DNA of 64,000 nucleotides, taken from contig OZ199840.1 of assembly GCA_964304625.1 (NCBI GenBank), forward strand, positions 1,442,733-1,506,732. The letters are read 5' to 3'. A program made the translations under genes and the position numbers. Origin of the DNA: Kudoa neothunni. Its lineage: Eukaryota; Animalia; Cnidaria. The first letter of the stretch is position 1. Every line of letters begins with the position of its first letter. Below, piece after piece: positions 1 to 14,695 of this stretch. The notes beneath the pieces were generated by a model, which saw nothing but the letters and a program-made list of their open reading frames with translations, searched no databases and was not told the DNA's origin.

Positions 1-1832
1 GATAGGCAAAACTACAATCAGAACTCCTCTCTGATTCAAATACTTTGAATCGTGCGATACATTGTTAGAATTTGGTCTCTTGTTATTTCTAGAGACAACT
101 CCAATTCCTCCAGTTCTTTTCTCTTTATATTTGAGTTCAGTTTTGTTCACGGTAACTGGTTTTGACTTGGTTGAAACCTGGGTATTTGTGTTGTCCACTG
201 TAATTGGATCTAACACGATTGGAATCTGAGTTTTGGGGTTATCCACGGTGACTGCGATTGTTTTAGGCCTAACATTTGGAAGTTTGATGTTCCATTTAGA
301 TAACAACTGTTCTTCATGTTTAGCTAAACTTGAGATAGATTCTTTGACTTGTTTAGAAAGATAGTCGTTTTCTTTCTTTATGATATCAATTTGACTTTTG
401 ATTTGTGGTAACTTATTTTCTATACTGTTGATACTGTTCAAATATATTTTAACTTTATTTGAATTCCCTTCTGCAGGAGAAAAAATATCGCGGCCCTGGG
501 AGAATTTTTTCAATTTTGAACCGACGATATCAATAACTGAACCAAATTTACCGTTGCCCACGTATACAAGGGCCTCTAGCGTATCGATAATATATTCGAA
601 GGTCACCTCAATGTTACGCTTCGGGATGAAAATACTATGAAACAGTGCTGCTACAGCTGTTTTCAAATTATTAATTTCAACAAATTTCAGCCGAATATTT
701 TGGATTTCATTTCGGTATTGAGATTCATCCAACAAAGATTTGACTTGATTGAGATAATTTTCGACGTCAGTTAAATTATTGTCAGTGAGTTGGGGATTAA
801 ATTTTGGGATATTTCCAATTATTTCTTTCCATTGATTTATTTTATTTTCTAGTTGTCCATGAAGCGAACGAGTATTTTGATACTCCTTGGCCACATTGTC
901 CAATTCTTGTACATATTGAGGAAATTTCGATTGATACCATCCAAAATTCATAGTGTCATCATAAAGCTTTTTTAGAATTTTGTAGGTATCAACCAACTTG
1001 AGGTCATACGATAGTATATCCACTCGTAATAGAGCATATTGAAACAACGTGGCAGACACGGAGCGGTCCATTTTAGGGATAACTTTGTTCTGATTACAGG
1101 CTGTTGTCAACAATTCATAATTGCCACCAAAATTTTTCCACGTTTTTTCTATTTTTTCTTTCAAATTATCGGTATTATTAATTTTTTCATAATCATTAGC
1201 ATTATTTTCGCCAACGCTTTTGTCGCAGATTTTTTTAGAGTATTCAATCGAATCTTTGTAAGTTTTTAGAAGTCCCATGAAATAATCGAAAGCATTATTT
1301 AGTCTTATGATCCAGCGAAGTTGGCCAGAAAGCGTCATTAGATCCACTCTAAATTTTTCCACAACAAACGCAGAATTCCTAGCGTCGTTCATACGGGCGC
1401 TCGAATTTGTTATGTACACGCCCAATACTTTCTTAGTTCCTTCGAGGTGGTATATAATGTGATGGTAATCAACCAAAAATTTATATGACTCAATAATTGT
1501 ATTTAAATATTTGGTTGATGCTATCCTATAGCTTTTTTGTACGGATTTCGCCGTAGCTATCTCTTTAGTTAATTGGGATGTATCACATTTCTTATATTTT
1601 TGTTGGTCTGAAAAGTCGTATTTTTTTCCAATAAACTTGGTCGAAAGGATAATTTTTGTTATTTGTGCATTTGGATGCATGTAGGTCGTTTATGATTTGG
1701 GGAACCTCTCTATCAGATTCGTCCAGAGAAGAAACATATCTGAATCCAACGCCTACAGTTTCAACAATTAAATTTTGTTTATTGCTAAAGATATCTACTT
1801 AACAAACACATTGCGAGGAGATATAGCTTCAT
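1..1832 (-). CDS. Unknown secreted/surface protein (>590 aa, helical/coiled-coil-like), 3' end outside the window
   Basis: ATG at 1832. Exon 1 (1832-1799), a 46-nt GT-AG intron (1798-1753), then MKLYLLAMCLLSVGFRYVSS-LDES, which resembles a signal peptide. An uninterrupted frame runs from about 1680 to position 1 (absent from the ORF track because it has no stop in the window). One extra A in the A7 run at 1621-1627 separates the N-terminal frame from the long frame. Confidence 0.75.
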
Positions 1833-4800
1833 TGTGCTCTCCTATTCCATTAATCTTCCTACTAAAATAGGATTCACTAATCCTCTTCAATTATATTTAT
1901 ATATTGTGTATTTCAATAGATACAGAGGATGAACTATTTATGCGGGTTCGTATAATTCCTTCTCGTTATTAACTGACCATTATAAGCTCAATTAATGTTC
2001 CAAGAGATATCAGAAAAGTATAAAATCTGCTATTATTTACGAATGTAGATAGTATTATTTATGAATTAAATTAAAAATTTATAAATTTTGAGTAATTGCA
2101 AACGGTATGTTACTATAAATAATATAATTTTCCACTTGTTAATAAATTCAGTTTTTGGAAGTAAATTTCATAAATAATTGAAAAAATGGTACAAGAACTT
2201 TGATTTTATGTAAATAATATTTATTGTACTAACTAGTCGAGCCGGGATGGAGCTTAACTCATATAAAACAAATTATTTTGTTTACGTCATTGAACGTTAA
2301 ACCTTATCCGGATTTTGAGTGTCGTTTGTCGCAAGTCATTCTTTCAATCCTGTACTGCTCAATTTTAATTATAAATTATATGAGGTACAGTTTTTATTAG
2401 ATGTATTTGATATATAAATTAGAGTTTATAAGTATGATGGAGTTATGGAGATGTGTGCTAATCGGTTTATTACACCAGGAATAAAGCTACATAATTTAAG
2501 TTATACTTAAGTGTACTTTTTCTTTCAATTACCATTGATAAAAAGAGTATGTAAGTTTATTAGGAGTAATTTAAAAATCAATAATATATAATCGTTATTT
2601 TTAGTAAATATTTTATAGAATTTTTTGAGTTCTATATTCTTTCCAAATTTATTTAAAATAATTAGATTATATTCAACTATTATCGGTTGGCTATTACTTT
2701 GGGATTTATTAGTTGTATAATTATAGACTAAAAATCCAAAAATATTTAATATTTTTAAAAATTAAATATTTTTAAGGTCCTTATAGTTTTAGGGGATTCC
2801 CAAATATAATTATAATCATGTAAATATATTATAACCTGAATTTAATTAATAGACTATTAAGACATTAGAATTTGTGTTCTATTTTTAGCGATGCGAAAAA
2901 ACTAGAATGGATAATAGATCGATCAAAATTATTATCTCATATTGTATATTCTTTTTAAATTTATGTTTAATGGGGTCATTTTTGGTAGAAATTTGATTTT
3001 TTTTCTCTAAATCGTAAATTTATTACTGAATTTATCTATAAGTTGATACAACTTTGTTATTTTGTTAAAAATGTTTTTAAGATTCTTGTAGGCACACGTA
3101 ATTATTTCTGGCAATATTTTTAGCCTGGAAGATTAGCATCCCATGTTTAATAAAGTTACTTTAAATTGATATAAAATTAAACTTAACATTTAAGGAGAAT
3201 GTTAATAATAATTAAATTTAAAAATTTACGTTCATTGAGGATTTTATATGAAGATCTTATTTAGAAACGGATAACAAGTAGATTTTTCCGATTACACTTG
3301 TGAAAAGTTGACTCTTACATCAAATACTATATGTTTAAATCGTCGAATTTAATTAGCTTATTTATTCCATAAAAATGTTAACTTTATTTGTACATATTAT
3401 GATGTCTTGATTTAATGTTATATTTTCCCTAAGAATGTGTTTAAAAACAAGAGTGGTCAAATACATTTTTTCCTATTTTCAAAAATAATAAAAAATTATT
3501 TATATCAGTCATGATTTATTGATATTTAATCTCCATAGATTAATAAATACAATTGAGCTAATTTACATGACTCATAACTCAAGAATAATTTATTCAATCG
3601 AATATTTTAACAAAATATATTTGTTATTTCAGTAAAATTAAAATTTGTCGTTATCTCGAATAATTAATTCTATACCTTCATTTTATTTTCGAAGGAACTC
3701 AATGAATTATTTGAAAGAATTGTAATTATTAAAATATCTGAAATATTTCCTTTACAGTTAAATTCACAAAGATCTTCATATAAATTTTAGATGTTTCATG
3801 CCGATTACAGTAGTAGATGAACCTTTTGGAAGGCATTTGTATTTAATTTTTGAAAACAAAATCAATTCTGCATTTCGAATTAACAAAATTATAAAAGATT
3901 GTATTATCTGAAATTTTGTTATTTTCATCTACAGCCCATTTGTATACTTTTATCATTATCAGATTTATCTGTATAATTAGAATAAATATTTTAACGTTAT
4001 TTCCGCCGATCAGACAAAGATGTACTTCTTAATCTAACAATTTTAAAATTGATATTGAATTTTACTATATAAATAGGTATTTTTAGATAAAATAATGTTT
4101 TCATTTTAAGTTTTTAAGATTTCACACATAGAGTCATCATGGCGAAATCTATCTCAATCTTCCATTATTTTCAATGTATGCCAAAAATTGTTTTAAGTAA
4201 GTTATCCATAAAATAATTTTATTTAGTCAACATTTTTATAAAATTCTAGCTAAAAACTTTTTCATTAATCTGAAAGCTTCATTAAATTTTTTCTGTTCTG
4301 AATATTTAATATACAATGGATAACGAACTAATGGCGATAAAATCGTTTTTAACCCAAAGCGGTTCTCATATCTAAACCTTTAAAAACTTTAAGCCACAAA
4401 CAGAGCATAATTCTTAATGATAAAGCGTGAAATATTTCTCATAGAATCTTTTGGGAAGTTTAAAAAGAATTCAAAATACTTAAATGTCGAAAAGAGTACG
4501 ATAAACAACCGACGTGTATTTTTCTAATTTAGCGCTCGGGTGTTGGCGCCGGGGAAACACAATAATATATAAATTATACGACAAAATATTATTGCGTATG
4601 ATGAATATTTAAGAATTTGATATGCGTATAGTTTTTGCACTTCAGACAAATAGATAGCGTTATTTACAAACATTGCATTTGTGTCTTTTTTCAGTGAATC
4701 GGCGCTCATGGCTAGGCAATCACACAACAAAGCAGATTGGATATTTGCTAGTGATAATCTTATAATAATTTTTCCACTGCGGTGCGGTCAGTTCGGAATA

Positions 4801-6395
4801 TATTGGTCACAATATGCTTAATATGAGTCAATAGTTTTATGTTGCATTTATTCTTATAATTTAGCCATTCGCAAGAATTGACCACCACGATTTGGATAAT
4901 ATTCGTAAATAAGAGCCAGTATCACTTTTGGGGACGAATTTTCACTCTTCATCAGTCATTGTGTCCATAAGATTTGGGGTTATGACTACAAATCAACTTT
5001 ATTTGGTAAACTATCAATATTTTAAATGTTTCGATAGCATCAACTAAGTTTCTGTACCTCATCTTGAAGCTTTTACTGCGAGATCAACAGAAAGATTAAT
5101 TGAGAAATCGCAGGTCGGTGGGTTTCCGTGCTCTTTTCGGCACTTTAGTATTTTGGATTATTTTCAAACTTCCCAAATGATTCTAGGGGAAATATTTTAC
5201 GCTGTATCATTAATAATTGTGCTCTATTTGCAGTTTAAATTTTTAAAGATTTAAATTTGAAAACCACTATGGGTTAAAGATACAATAAAAACCTGGGGTC
5301 AATGTGATCCCAAATGAAGTAAATGTACAATAGATTTCAAAAACTCGGAAATTTAACCGATTAATTATATTGTCTTATTTATTGAAGAAGATTTTTGTAA
5401 TGACGCACAATAAAAGACTCCCCATTATCTATAAAATAGTACAACGATTTTTAACGAAGCTAGTTATCGTAGGATTATAAGGATTATTATAGACTTTATT
5501 TATTTATTTATTTTCAATTGGTTCTGACAATATATTTATTCTCTTGCGTATAATTTCAAAAAATAATATTTTTTCCGTGCATATGAAATAAAAAAACATG
5601 AGGTATTCTTTTACCCCAAAATTCATCGGAGTTAAGTCGATTTTAAATACATTAGAGGGTTAAATTTACCTATCCTACCGGCATCGTTAATTAGATGGAC
5701 AACGTTTTCCATGCTAAAGGCTGAAACACTATTCTAAACCTTACAAAAAGAAAATAACAGGAAGGCTGCCACATCACAACCCCATCATACAAATAGTTCC
5801 CTATTTTTAAGGGCGCAATTGACGCTCACTTTATTTATAAAGTAGACTGTTTAAGTTTCATTCTAGTTACTGCAGGCTATTGATATTTATTCGATATACA
5901 TTTATTATAAAATTCAAATCTATAAATGTAAATTAATAGTGAATATGAGATAGAGTAGACTAGTTTCTAGACTTTGTGGAGTTCTTCTAAACAGGATGGC
6001 ATTGTTTAAGCACTTGCGTATGTTCATTAATCGACAGTGAATACAATTTATTAAACTGATTATAAAAAATAAATATCTAAGGTGACAACTATCAAATTAA
6101 ATGCCCTTATGATATTACTTCTTAAATCTCCCAATTTCGGCATTTATCAAAATTTCCCCCGAACCTCAGAGATTAATTCCAAATTTTCTAATTTTCTAAT
6201 GACAATAAGCCCTGCCTACAATAAGAATTACTAATTAATTATTTAACAAAATAAACGAACTATTAAAAGAATCATTACTCATATTCAATCAAAAGCCAAC
6301 GCTATTTATCGCAACAATAAGAGTTATTTTAATATGAAGAAAGTGTCCAAAAAGGGGTTATTGGAAAATATTTTATATCAAGTAGTAAACTATTA

Positions 6396-9101
6396 TTAGC
6401 CCCAAAACCAGCTTTTAACATAACCAGCGAGGCCTTTGGAGGTTCCATCGGTCTGGTTTTGAGCTTCATCTTTGGATGGTTGTTCAGATACTTCCTTGTC
6501 GACATGTTCAATTTTTTTCGAAGTGTTGACAATCACGGAGGACTGAGTGATATCATTGTTGATATCGAGTGCGGGGAACTCGATGTATCTCTTGGAGAGA
6601 TCATAATAAATTGGTTTGATAGGGATAGGTTGTAATGTGGGTTTAGGTACAATTACAGCCGATTTATTATACCCTTGTATAAGATCGAGGATTGACGTGT
6701 AGACAAATTTTGAGCGAGAAGTCGATTTCTTGATAGAAAGCATATGATAAGGGTCATTGCTTAGCGCTTTCGTGATAGCTTTCTTCGATGATTCCATCGA
6801 AAGTCGAAGTTTGCGATAGTTTATAAATTGGATAAGACGAGAAATATTTCCCAAGTTGAGATCCTCTTCAACCAGTTCTTGAGATTCAAGATTATGTTTG
6901 GTCTATGTGGCAAATTTTAACAATTGATAGATTGATTACATGAACTAAAAAACAATACTTTGAGTGTTTGTATCTGAGAAACTAACAACTTAAGTCGTTT
7001 AAAAGCAATAGTGAGAATTTCGATGGTGAACTCAAAGTTGCCAATTCTTTCATAGAAAAAGGCAGCATACACGAGCCTAAACAAATATATGTATATATTT
7101 ATTAAAGTAACTACTTTAGAGTGGTATAGAAAGTGTGTTTGATTTCGATAAGTGAGTACAATTTGGCAAAGTAAGGACTATTGAATAGCGCGAGTTTGGT
7201 GAGTTGATTAAGATTCTAAGGATAGACAATAAACGATAAAAGCGCTTGTGATATTACCATAATTATAAGATCGAAAGAACGAATAAAATTTTCCAGACAA
7301 TTAGCATTAAGTTTATTATTTAGCCACCAATTGTTAAGAGTATTGTAGCTGAAATCGAAAACATTAATTTCCGATAAATCTCCATTTTCTCCCTTTCCAT
7401 AAAAATAAGCATCAGAGTCCGTGGCGGGATTAGAAGCAGAGTTGTTATTAATGAAAGTATTAGATTGGTTAAAATGAGGCATAGTTTTTAAATTGAGTTG
7501 GTAGATTTTAAAAAAAGTTCTACAGATTTTCAACTTAATGATGCTATATTTAAGATATTCTGCAAAAAACGGGCTCACATGAGCAACTTTATTCTAAAAA
7601 ATCAATAAATAACACAAAACAATTAGAAAGAAACCTCATTCGACATAGACGAAGATTCTACGTTGTTTTCTTGTGAAACCTTGTTGAGGGTCTCTTGAGT
7701 TTCCATGTAGGTATTGTCGAAGTAGTTGGACAGTTTATTTTCCTCTAAACACTTGGGATTGATGTATTTGGATGCAGCGCTTTGATCTGTAACTGAGGAC
7801 CATCCACCATCAGATACATTTCCAACTCGATTTAACAAATTGTTACAAGAACTATGCAAAACAAACATTTTGTCAACATAGCTGGTGGCATTGGTTTGTT
7901 TTTGTTCGGATGGTAATGAAAAGAATTTGGCCACATTCATCAAACATATTTTAATGTAATCATTACAATCGTCAAATACAAGCGGATCCAAATCAAAAAT
8001 CCTCATTTCAACAGTAGCATTAATGTTGGTAAGACTAACATTGTCCATAAGTTGGATGATATCATTGTTTTGGTCCTCGTGTAGTAGATTTTGAAGTTCT
8101 GAGTCATCAATCAATTCCTTGTTGGTCAAGTTTTCAATGTCAATCTTTTGGGAGACATTCCGATCAATATGGTAACAACTAAGTTGCTGGAATCGATCGA
8201 TTTCTTCTAAACGATGCTTGTACGATTTTCTGTGAGAAGATTCAGTTGTAATATTTGCCAAATATCTGTATATTTTCCTATTCACAAAAAAAAATTAAAA
8301 AATAGATAAATCCATGGAATATGTGATAAATTTATACTTTGATTGGTTGAACACATAAAGACAATAGGAATAATTGTTAGTTACCATAAAATAATAGCCA
8401 TGTATATAGAGACGATAAGCCTAAACAAATTTCAAATCAACTATCAGCTTCTGACTACTATAACAAACATTGATTTCAAATAAAGATGTTTTGGAGTATA
8501 TAAACGATGTTTTAGATGGTGGTTCTTCCTGGTTTGCTTGTTCATTAGATTTGCCGGATAATACTGAGTGATCAAGTATAAATTTCTGCAATAATGTAGA
8601 GAAATGGATAGCTCTCTTTAGTTTAGAAACCATTCGATGGTAATAAACTCGTTTAGTTGAATTGGTCAACAATTCTCTGTATTCCAAAGCATAAGCGAAA
8701 CATCTTTCACTTTGATAGAGCAGTAATTCTCCATATCTAATCTTAATTAAATCAAACTTTTCATAGAAAATCTACTTGGGACTATCCATAACTTGAGCTG
8801 ACACCACTTTGGGCTTATGGTGCTTGTTGAAGTGATGAATATTTGATTTGAATCGAATCTTTTTTATTTTTCTTGTACAAAAACATCTAAAAAATTTTAT
8901 GTTAAAAAATCTAATTGTGTTAATTGCGTATGGACCTGTAAGAGATGAAATTATTCTGTTCTAATCCATGAACAGTATGATTGTCGGAAACAATACTTAG
9001 AACTGAATATGTAATATTAAAAATTCGAATAATATCTATATCATTATTTATTCACTTGGAAAATCGATTGGAGCAAAACCGACTTCCTCAACATGATCCA
9101 T
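6396..9101 (-). CDS. SRP68: Signal recognition particle subunit SRP68 (multi-exon)
   Basis: Spliced N-terminus ILSIVSDNHTVHGLEQNNFISYRCFCTRKIKKIR...LLLYQSERCFAYALEY...HRMVSKLKRAIHFS follows the SRP68 RNA-binding domain. C-terminus PIPIKPIYYDLSKRYIEFPAL...GLAGYVKSWFWG matches the conserved SRP68 tail. The 5' introns were checked and are GT-AG and in frame. Confidence 0.9.
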
Positions 9102-10563
9102 TTTGAAAACCGACAACTACCGAACCATTGGAACATAATTTTATTTTAGTTTTAGAATAAAATTTCCGCTCTTTCAGCTGATTCATATTTTTTGTTAATT
9201 GAATTATTTTATTATTTAAACGAAATCATCATTATAGATTTGAGAATAAAGGTTATTGAGACGAATGGTGGTAATTTTCGTTAATCTTTCCAATTAAACA
9301 ACCCCACGCGAACCTTTATTCGGCTATGTAGGGAGGTACCGTTACCGATAATGTCCGATTTCGAACAATTTGCAAAATTTATCAAATTTCGTTCTCGCTT
9401 GTTCCTTTAATGGTCGTATAATCGCAAAACACAGTTTATAAAGTACGAAAATATAGCATATTGAAAAAAATGGAAATATAATTGTAATTTATTTTTCTTT
9501 AAGAGGAATCTATAAATAAATGTTTTTATTTTTGTGTGAAGTTTTCTAATTAAAATTAAATAATATTAAGAAAAAGTTGAAAAAATTAAGTTAAAATTGT
9601 AATTTTTAATAATTCATTCGATAAACTAAAGAATAAGAAGTTCAGACTAAAAAAATGTCTACGAGTTATAAAAGTAAACGTTTTTTTAAGTTTTTCTTTA
9701 TAATTGAGACTATTATTATGGATTTTTTCATAATTATTAACGATGGACCGTCTTATATTGAAATCATTGCACATCTCTAGTTAAATTATGTTTGAGTAAT
9801 ACTTTTTTTGATAGAATGTATTCTTCTGCTGTAAAAATAAGACCGATTAGTAGAAAAAGAATGTGCTGTCTATTAATTGGTCTTATTTAAAAGCGGGAAT
9901 CTTTCAACGAATCGACCAAATTAATGGTTCCCTAAGAGGGAAGGATGAGATTTTATTCTAATAAAGGTTATTTTTGAGAAACTTTGAGTCAGCTATACTT
10001 ATCGTACATAAGGGGATTGTGGATTTTCATCAAATCCGGGTGTGAGTCCAATTTTAGCCGGGAAGCGCTGGACCAAATGGTCTCATTTATTTGAACATTC
10101 TGAGTCAATTATAAATTTACGCATACTTCACATATGTAATTAAATATAATTTATTTTTTCAAAAAAATTCTGTTTTATCCCATTTATTCCGGTAAGAGTT
10201 TGGTCAGATCCCAACCAACTTGGGTTCGCAATGCTGCTGACTCCTAAAATTTCAAACATTGAAACCCCACATAATACAAGTGTTTCTCGACTTTAAAAAT
10301 GTAGCTTAATGCGATACTATAAGTTGAAGTGAAATTAAAAGATTATTTATAAAATAAATTTGAGTTAATTAATTTTTAACCCGTCAAATGCCGAATAGTA
10401 ATCCATCTACAATTTGTTATTATATTATTTCTCCCTTTAAATCTCACAAAATTTATAAATAATATTATTTATATTTTAGCTGTTTAGATGCAAAAATAAC
10501 TGAATAAAAAGGTATTTTAACTCAAGCATTAAATTTTCGTGAATCTTCGTAACTCATTTTAGG

Positions 10564-11466
10564 ATGGACTCACTGCCTTATGTGGATGTTGAAATAAACG
10601 ATCCTGTAATAGCGAAACAAGTAGACATTCAGCATAATTTATAACTGATGTGAAAATGAAAATTTATTTTGTAGGTACAGGTAGAAATTGATCGTGAAAT
10701 TAAGAATCAAAGCAACGATTCTCTCAATGTTGACTATTCTCATATAATGGATCGATTTGTGGATGATGAGAGGTTTATGGTATTTGAAATTAAAGTTTGA
10801 TCTAATTTTATAAACAATTATATTTTCGTAGAGTTCCATTTTAAAGGAAGAATTGTCATTTTACGATCAACGAGTAGAAGATGGCACGAAACGAGTAATG
10901 ATTTCAACAAAAAGGTACTCCTTTATGATTGATAACACTCTTTATGTTTATATAGGTATGAATTGCCGTATCCTGAGGAATCAGACATTCAGAATGTTAA
11001 TTCTTGGAAAAATTGTATGGATAACGCCCGTGCTCAATTACAACATCAGTATAATCGGTACGTTAGTGTGCCTGTGTTATTTACAATAATTGAAACAAAC
11101 ATTGAATTAGTGCCATAAATATTGAGCTAGCTTCGAGTAATTCTGCTCCAATGTGGCGAATAAATAATCGCGTTCTTTCTGCCATGAACAGTCAATTGGG
11201 TGGGTTGACACAACGACTTGGGTAATTCATATTTATGTAAGTAAAGTTTGTTGACTGTTGATTAGTGAAGAAATTAAACAAATCAATTGGAAAAGAAAGC
11301 AATCTCAAGAGAAATGTTTCCGTGAAACTGAAATTCTCGAAAACGAGTGAATTCCTAAGTTTATAACATTGATCTTATTTGAAGTAGATACTATGAGTTG
11401 GTGAAAAAGAACTTTGAGCTGGGTTCAGTATGTGACTCTTTGGAGAAAACCAAATATCATTGTTAG
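10564..11466 (+). CDS. BCAS2: Pre-mRNA splicing factor SPF27/BCAS2 (multi-exon; an upstream exon is possible)
   Basis: Spliced translation MDSLPYVDVE...KRYELPYP...WKNCMDNARAQLQHQYNRAINIELASSNSAPMWRINN...EEIKQINWKRKQSQ...YYELVKKNFEL...stop at 11464-11466. This follows the BCAS2 motifs DALPY, YELP, AQLEHQ, NWQRK and LVSKNYEI. Confidence 0.88.
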
Positions 11467-11645
11467 AATCTATGAGATTTTGTATAATATTGTCTGATTT
11501 GATCACGAAAACTACAATTTCTGGCTGTTATTTATTATTGAGTTTAATTTTAAAGCAATATCGCGTTTACTCAATTATAATACCTATCCCTAAAATAAGT
11601 TCTAATGGATTCTTAGACTGGTTTTTAGGATAAGATCTAATAATA

Positions 11646-12060
11646 CAGTATAACCTCGGTGTTCGACCAAAAATTTTTATTCAGAAACACATTTGAGTTC
11701 GGACACATATAAAAAGGATATTCAGAAAAGTTCAATTGGAGTTAAAAACAGAGAAGAAAAGAATCCTAGAAGAAGAGTCGCTCAATCAAGTTGTGCGAAT
11801 GTCCTCGACAGAGACCCCCTTTATAATCTGCCGTATGACAACCAAAAAATATTCAACCTACATTACATTTTTATTAATATATTTATTTATTTATTTTATA
11901 GACCAAAGGGTTTGCATTTTTTCACAAATAAGAAAATTAGTCATTTGGTGAGCGGTAACGGATTAAACTAATTTTAATTATTTTGCGCGGAAAAAAATTA
12001 TTCGAAATTCGAACACACCTCCTCTAGAACAGATTATGGTCGAAGTGCGAGGTTGCATTG
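11646..12060. mobile_element. pogo/Tigger-type MITE (Tc1/mariner superfamily)
   Basis: TA|CAGTATAACCTCGGTGTTCGACCA ... TGGTCGAAGTGCGAGGTTGCATTG|TA: imperfect 24-bp TIRs flanked by TA. Confidence 0.7.
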
Positions 12061-13799
12061 TATCTTTGAGCTAGCCGTTAGTATAGGGCCTAATGTATCC
12101 TTGAGCTAGTTTTAAAACAAGGCCTAGTATAGTAAAAAAATATAGATATTCTGAATTAAACCATAAAATGTCTCTAACAACGTAATATTATTTGTTCTTT
12201 AATAATGATAAAACTTTAAATGAAAAATATTAATTTAATATACGGATTTTGGCATTTTATTATTTTCTTCATTTGTAAACAAAATATCAAAATCAAATTA
12301 TATGTTTTACATCGCATTTCTTTTGATAAAATATTATTTTGTCTATTACAAATATACCCTCTAATGCCCCTTATTAGACCAAAAAATATATCCAATAAAC
12401 TCTCGGTATTGCGTAATTTCTTGCTACTTGGTAACTTTTCCTTGGTCCTAAAAAGTTGAGAAATATCGAGAGTTAACTGAAAGATCAGTCTTTAGTTCAG
12501 TTAAATACAGTATTATTAAAAGTTTGCCCAAATCAAAACAAAATGAGAGTGGATCCCCATATTGCGAAGGAAAAAAGGGGCGTAACTTTATTATTGAAGG
12601 AGTTAATAAATGAGAAGCCGCCTATATATTGATCTCCACGCTGCTTACTATTTCGTTATAAAGTTGTAAGATTTGATAAATTTATATTGAAATGATCAAG
12701 ATTTCAATCTTTTTATCATTGAATCAATCAGTTTTAAAGTAAAAACAAGCCGATTAATGTTGCTACTCTAAAACTAGGCTATTCCATCCTATTAAACTGT
12801 AATAAAATAGTACTTTTGACTGAGATCAAATAATACAGAGAATAGAACCATATGACTGATTTTCTTATTATTATCGTTATTATTGTCATTGTCAACTACA
12901 CTATTAGTAACAAAGTTAACTCAGTGGCAATATAAAGGTCCAATAGCGCCATTAAAATTACTCCATTCAATTGAAGCTTATGGGTTGGAATGAAGCTGAC
13001 TCGATAAACATGAGAATGAAATCATTAAAAGATGACCAAATAATAGCGAAGTAGACTTTTCACTGTATATAACAAAAACATAAGTCCGGTACAGACAATA
13101 TGATCATTAAAGACCTTAATCGAGTATAAGGATCGATGCGACCAACGCATTCAACTCACCGGCCGAGAATGGAATGTGTGGCAATTTAAAAACTCAAACT
13201 GTTGTGACAAACACAAACACACCAATCAATTAGTTCATTATTACGATTAAACTTGAAAAATAACGATCGAAAATAATAAAAAAACATAGGATACTGAAGC
13301 ACACAACTAGGGTATTAGTTATGTCGAGGGTAGGTTAGGTGTGAAGACACCCAATTAATCTAAACAGACAACACCTAATAAGTTGAGAATTTGAATTACA
13401 AACACAAACACATAAATTTACACACAGTATTAGGGTGTGGGTTGGCGGAAATGTGTATCATAAGTTGTGAAACTATTCTCCAAGGAAACCCATTGGTAGG
13501 GGAACAGATGTGTTAATAGTTGTGGGTGGAATAATGCAGGGAGAATTGGGATACGAAGTTTTAGAAGTGATTGTGAGAATTAATTCTAATCTTTGGCTTA
13601 GGAATAGGTGTTCATATGACAATCATAAAAGCACCGTCTCAAGTCGATATTTGTGTGGCAATAAACACAAAAACACTGAAAGCTGTAACAAAACAATTGC
13701 GTGTTTAATGCGTGTAGTGGGGGAGGTATCAAGCTGGAAAAACGTAGGCGGCTAATTATACTCAAAACAACAATCAACCAACTACTAATTTAAAATAAA

Positions 13800-14054
13800 T
13801 TAATTTGAGCTAATATGAGCGGTTGTTAGTGGGGCTAAACATCCGCAATGTTCCGCCAACCAAAGTCGATTAATGGTAGTGGTTTTGAGAGGAATGGCAA
13901 ACAGTTGAACGGTTAATTCGATTGGGGGATCATGCTCTAGAGATAATAGGTATTGTGGTGCATTATTTGTGTAAGCTTGAGACTTATAGGAAATTAATTT
14001 GATGTGGTTGTGACTGTGTAGCACTGGGTTTGTTGTTTGATCCAACCGACCCAT
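13800..14054 (-). mobile_element. Possible decayed non-LTR retrotransposon (CR1/L2-like ORF2 C-terminus) in a GC-richer tract from about 12.9 to 14.2 kb
   Basis: TTNPVLHSHNHIKLISYKSQAYTNNAPQYLLSL loosely resembles the L2/CR1 terminal motif HITPVLxxLHWL...KxxxxxYKxxxxxAPxYLxxL. Local GC content is raised. Confidence 0.3.
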
Positions 14055-14695
14055 CTCGCCAATTGAAATTTGATTATCCTTTCAAAGAGGTCAAAATCAC
14101 CTCCACAATTCAACAATATCAATGTGTTAAAATTGCGGCATATTTACAGTGTCCTAATGAAACCTCAATGTGAATAAGTTTTAATCAATAAATTACAGCA
14201 GATTCGTCCACTACAAGAAATATTAATAATTTATTGGTGAATCTCTAACAGCTTGTCAAATTGACGAGTTATACGGTTCTATTTTGGAATGCTTGAATTT
14301 TATGTGGTCAACAAAATTAAAAAAAACAATATAAATCTTGTGCAATTGATAGATTTTGTGTTGACGGATTTCTCGAAAGAAATTGTTTACCCATTAGACT
14401 TAATCCTCAAGCGTTAGTAAATACACTGTTTATTAGTTAATCTTTGTGTACAATTAAACAAAATCGAGTGGTCTTAATTAGATACCAGAAGTATTGATAT
14501 AATCAAATTTAACATAAAATTTCAGCGCCGTATCCTCATCAACCTACCAACGGATTTTATTTTAGCCCCCTCACTCAAGTCCCTATCCAATAAACAACAA
14601 ACTTTTCGTATAATCGCTTATACATTTAATAGCTCACTGTTGTTGATTTATTATGATAAAGTCCTAAAAATTGACAGATTATATCTGATCTTAAA

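Noticed and set aside
398-1269. Plus-strand ORFs 398-640 and 1039-1269
   Set aside because: Antisense shadows of the long minus-strand ORF.
4925-4965. Minus-strand CTGATGA...GAAA...GTC resembling a minimal hammerhead ribozyme
   Set aside because: Stem I and stem III flanks do not pair.
12059-12130. Two approximately 35-bp imperfect direct repeats (TGTATCyTTGAGCTAG...GGCCTA)
   Set aside because: Only two degenerate copies beside a MITE; not a CRISPR or a supported satellite.
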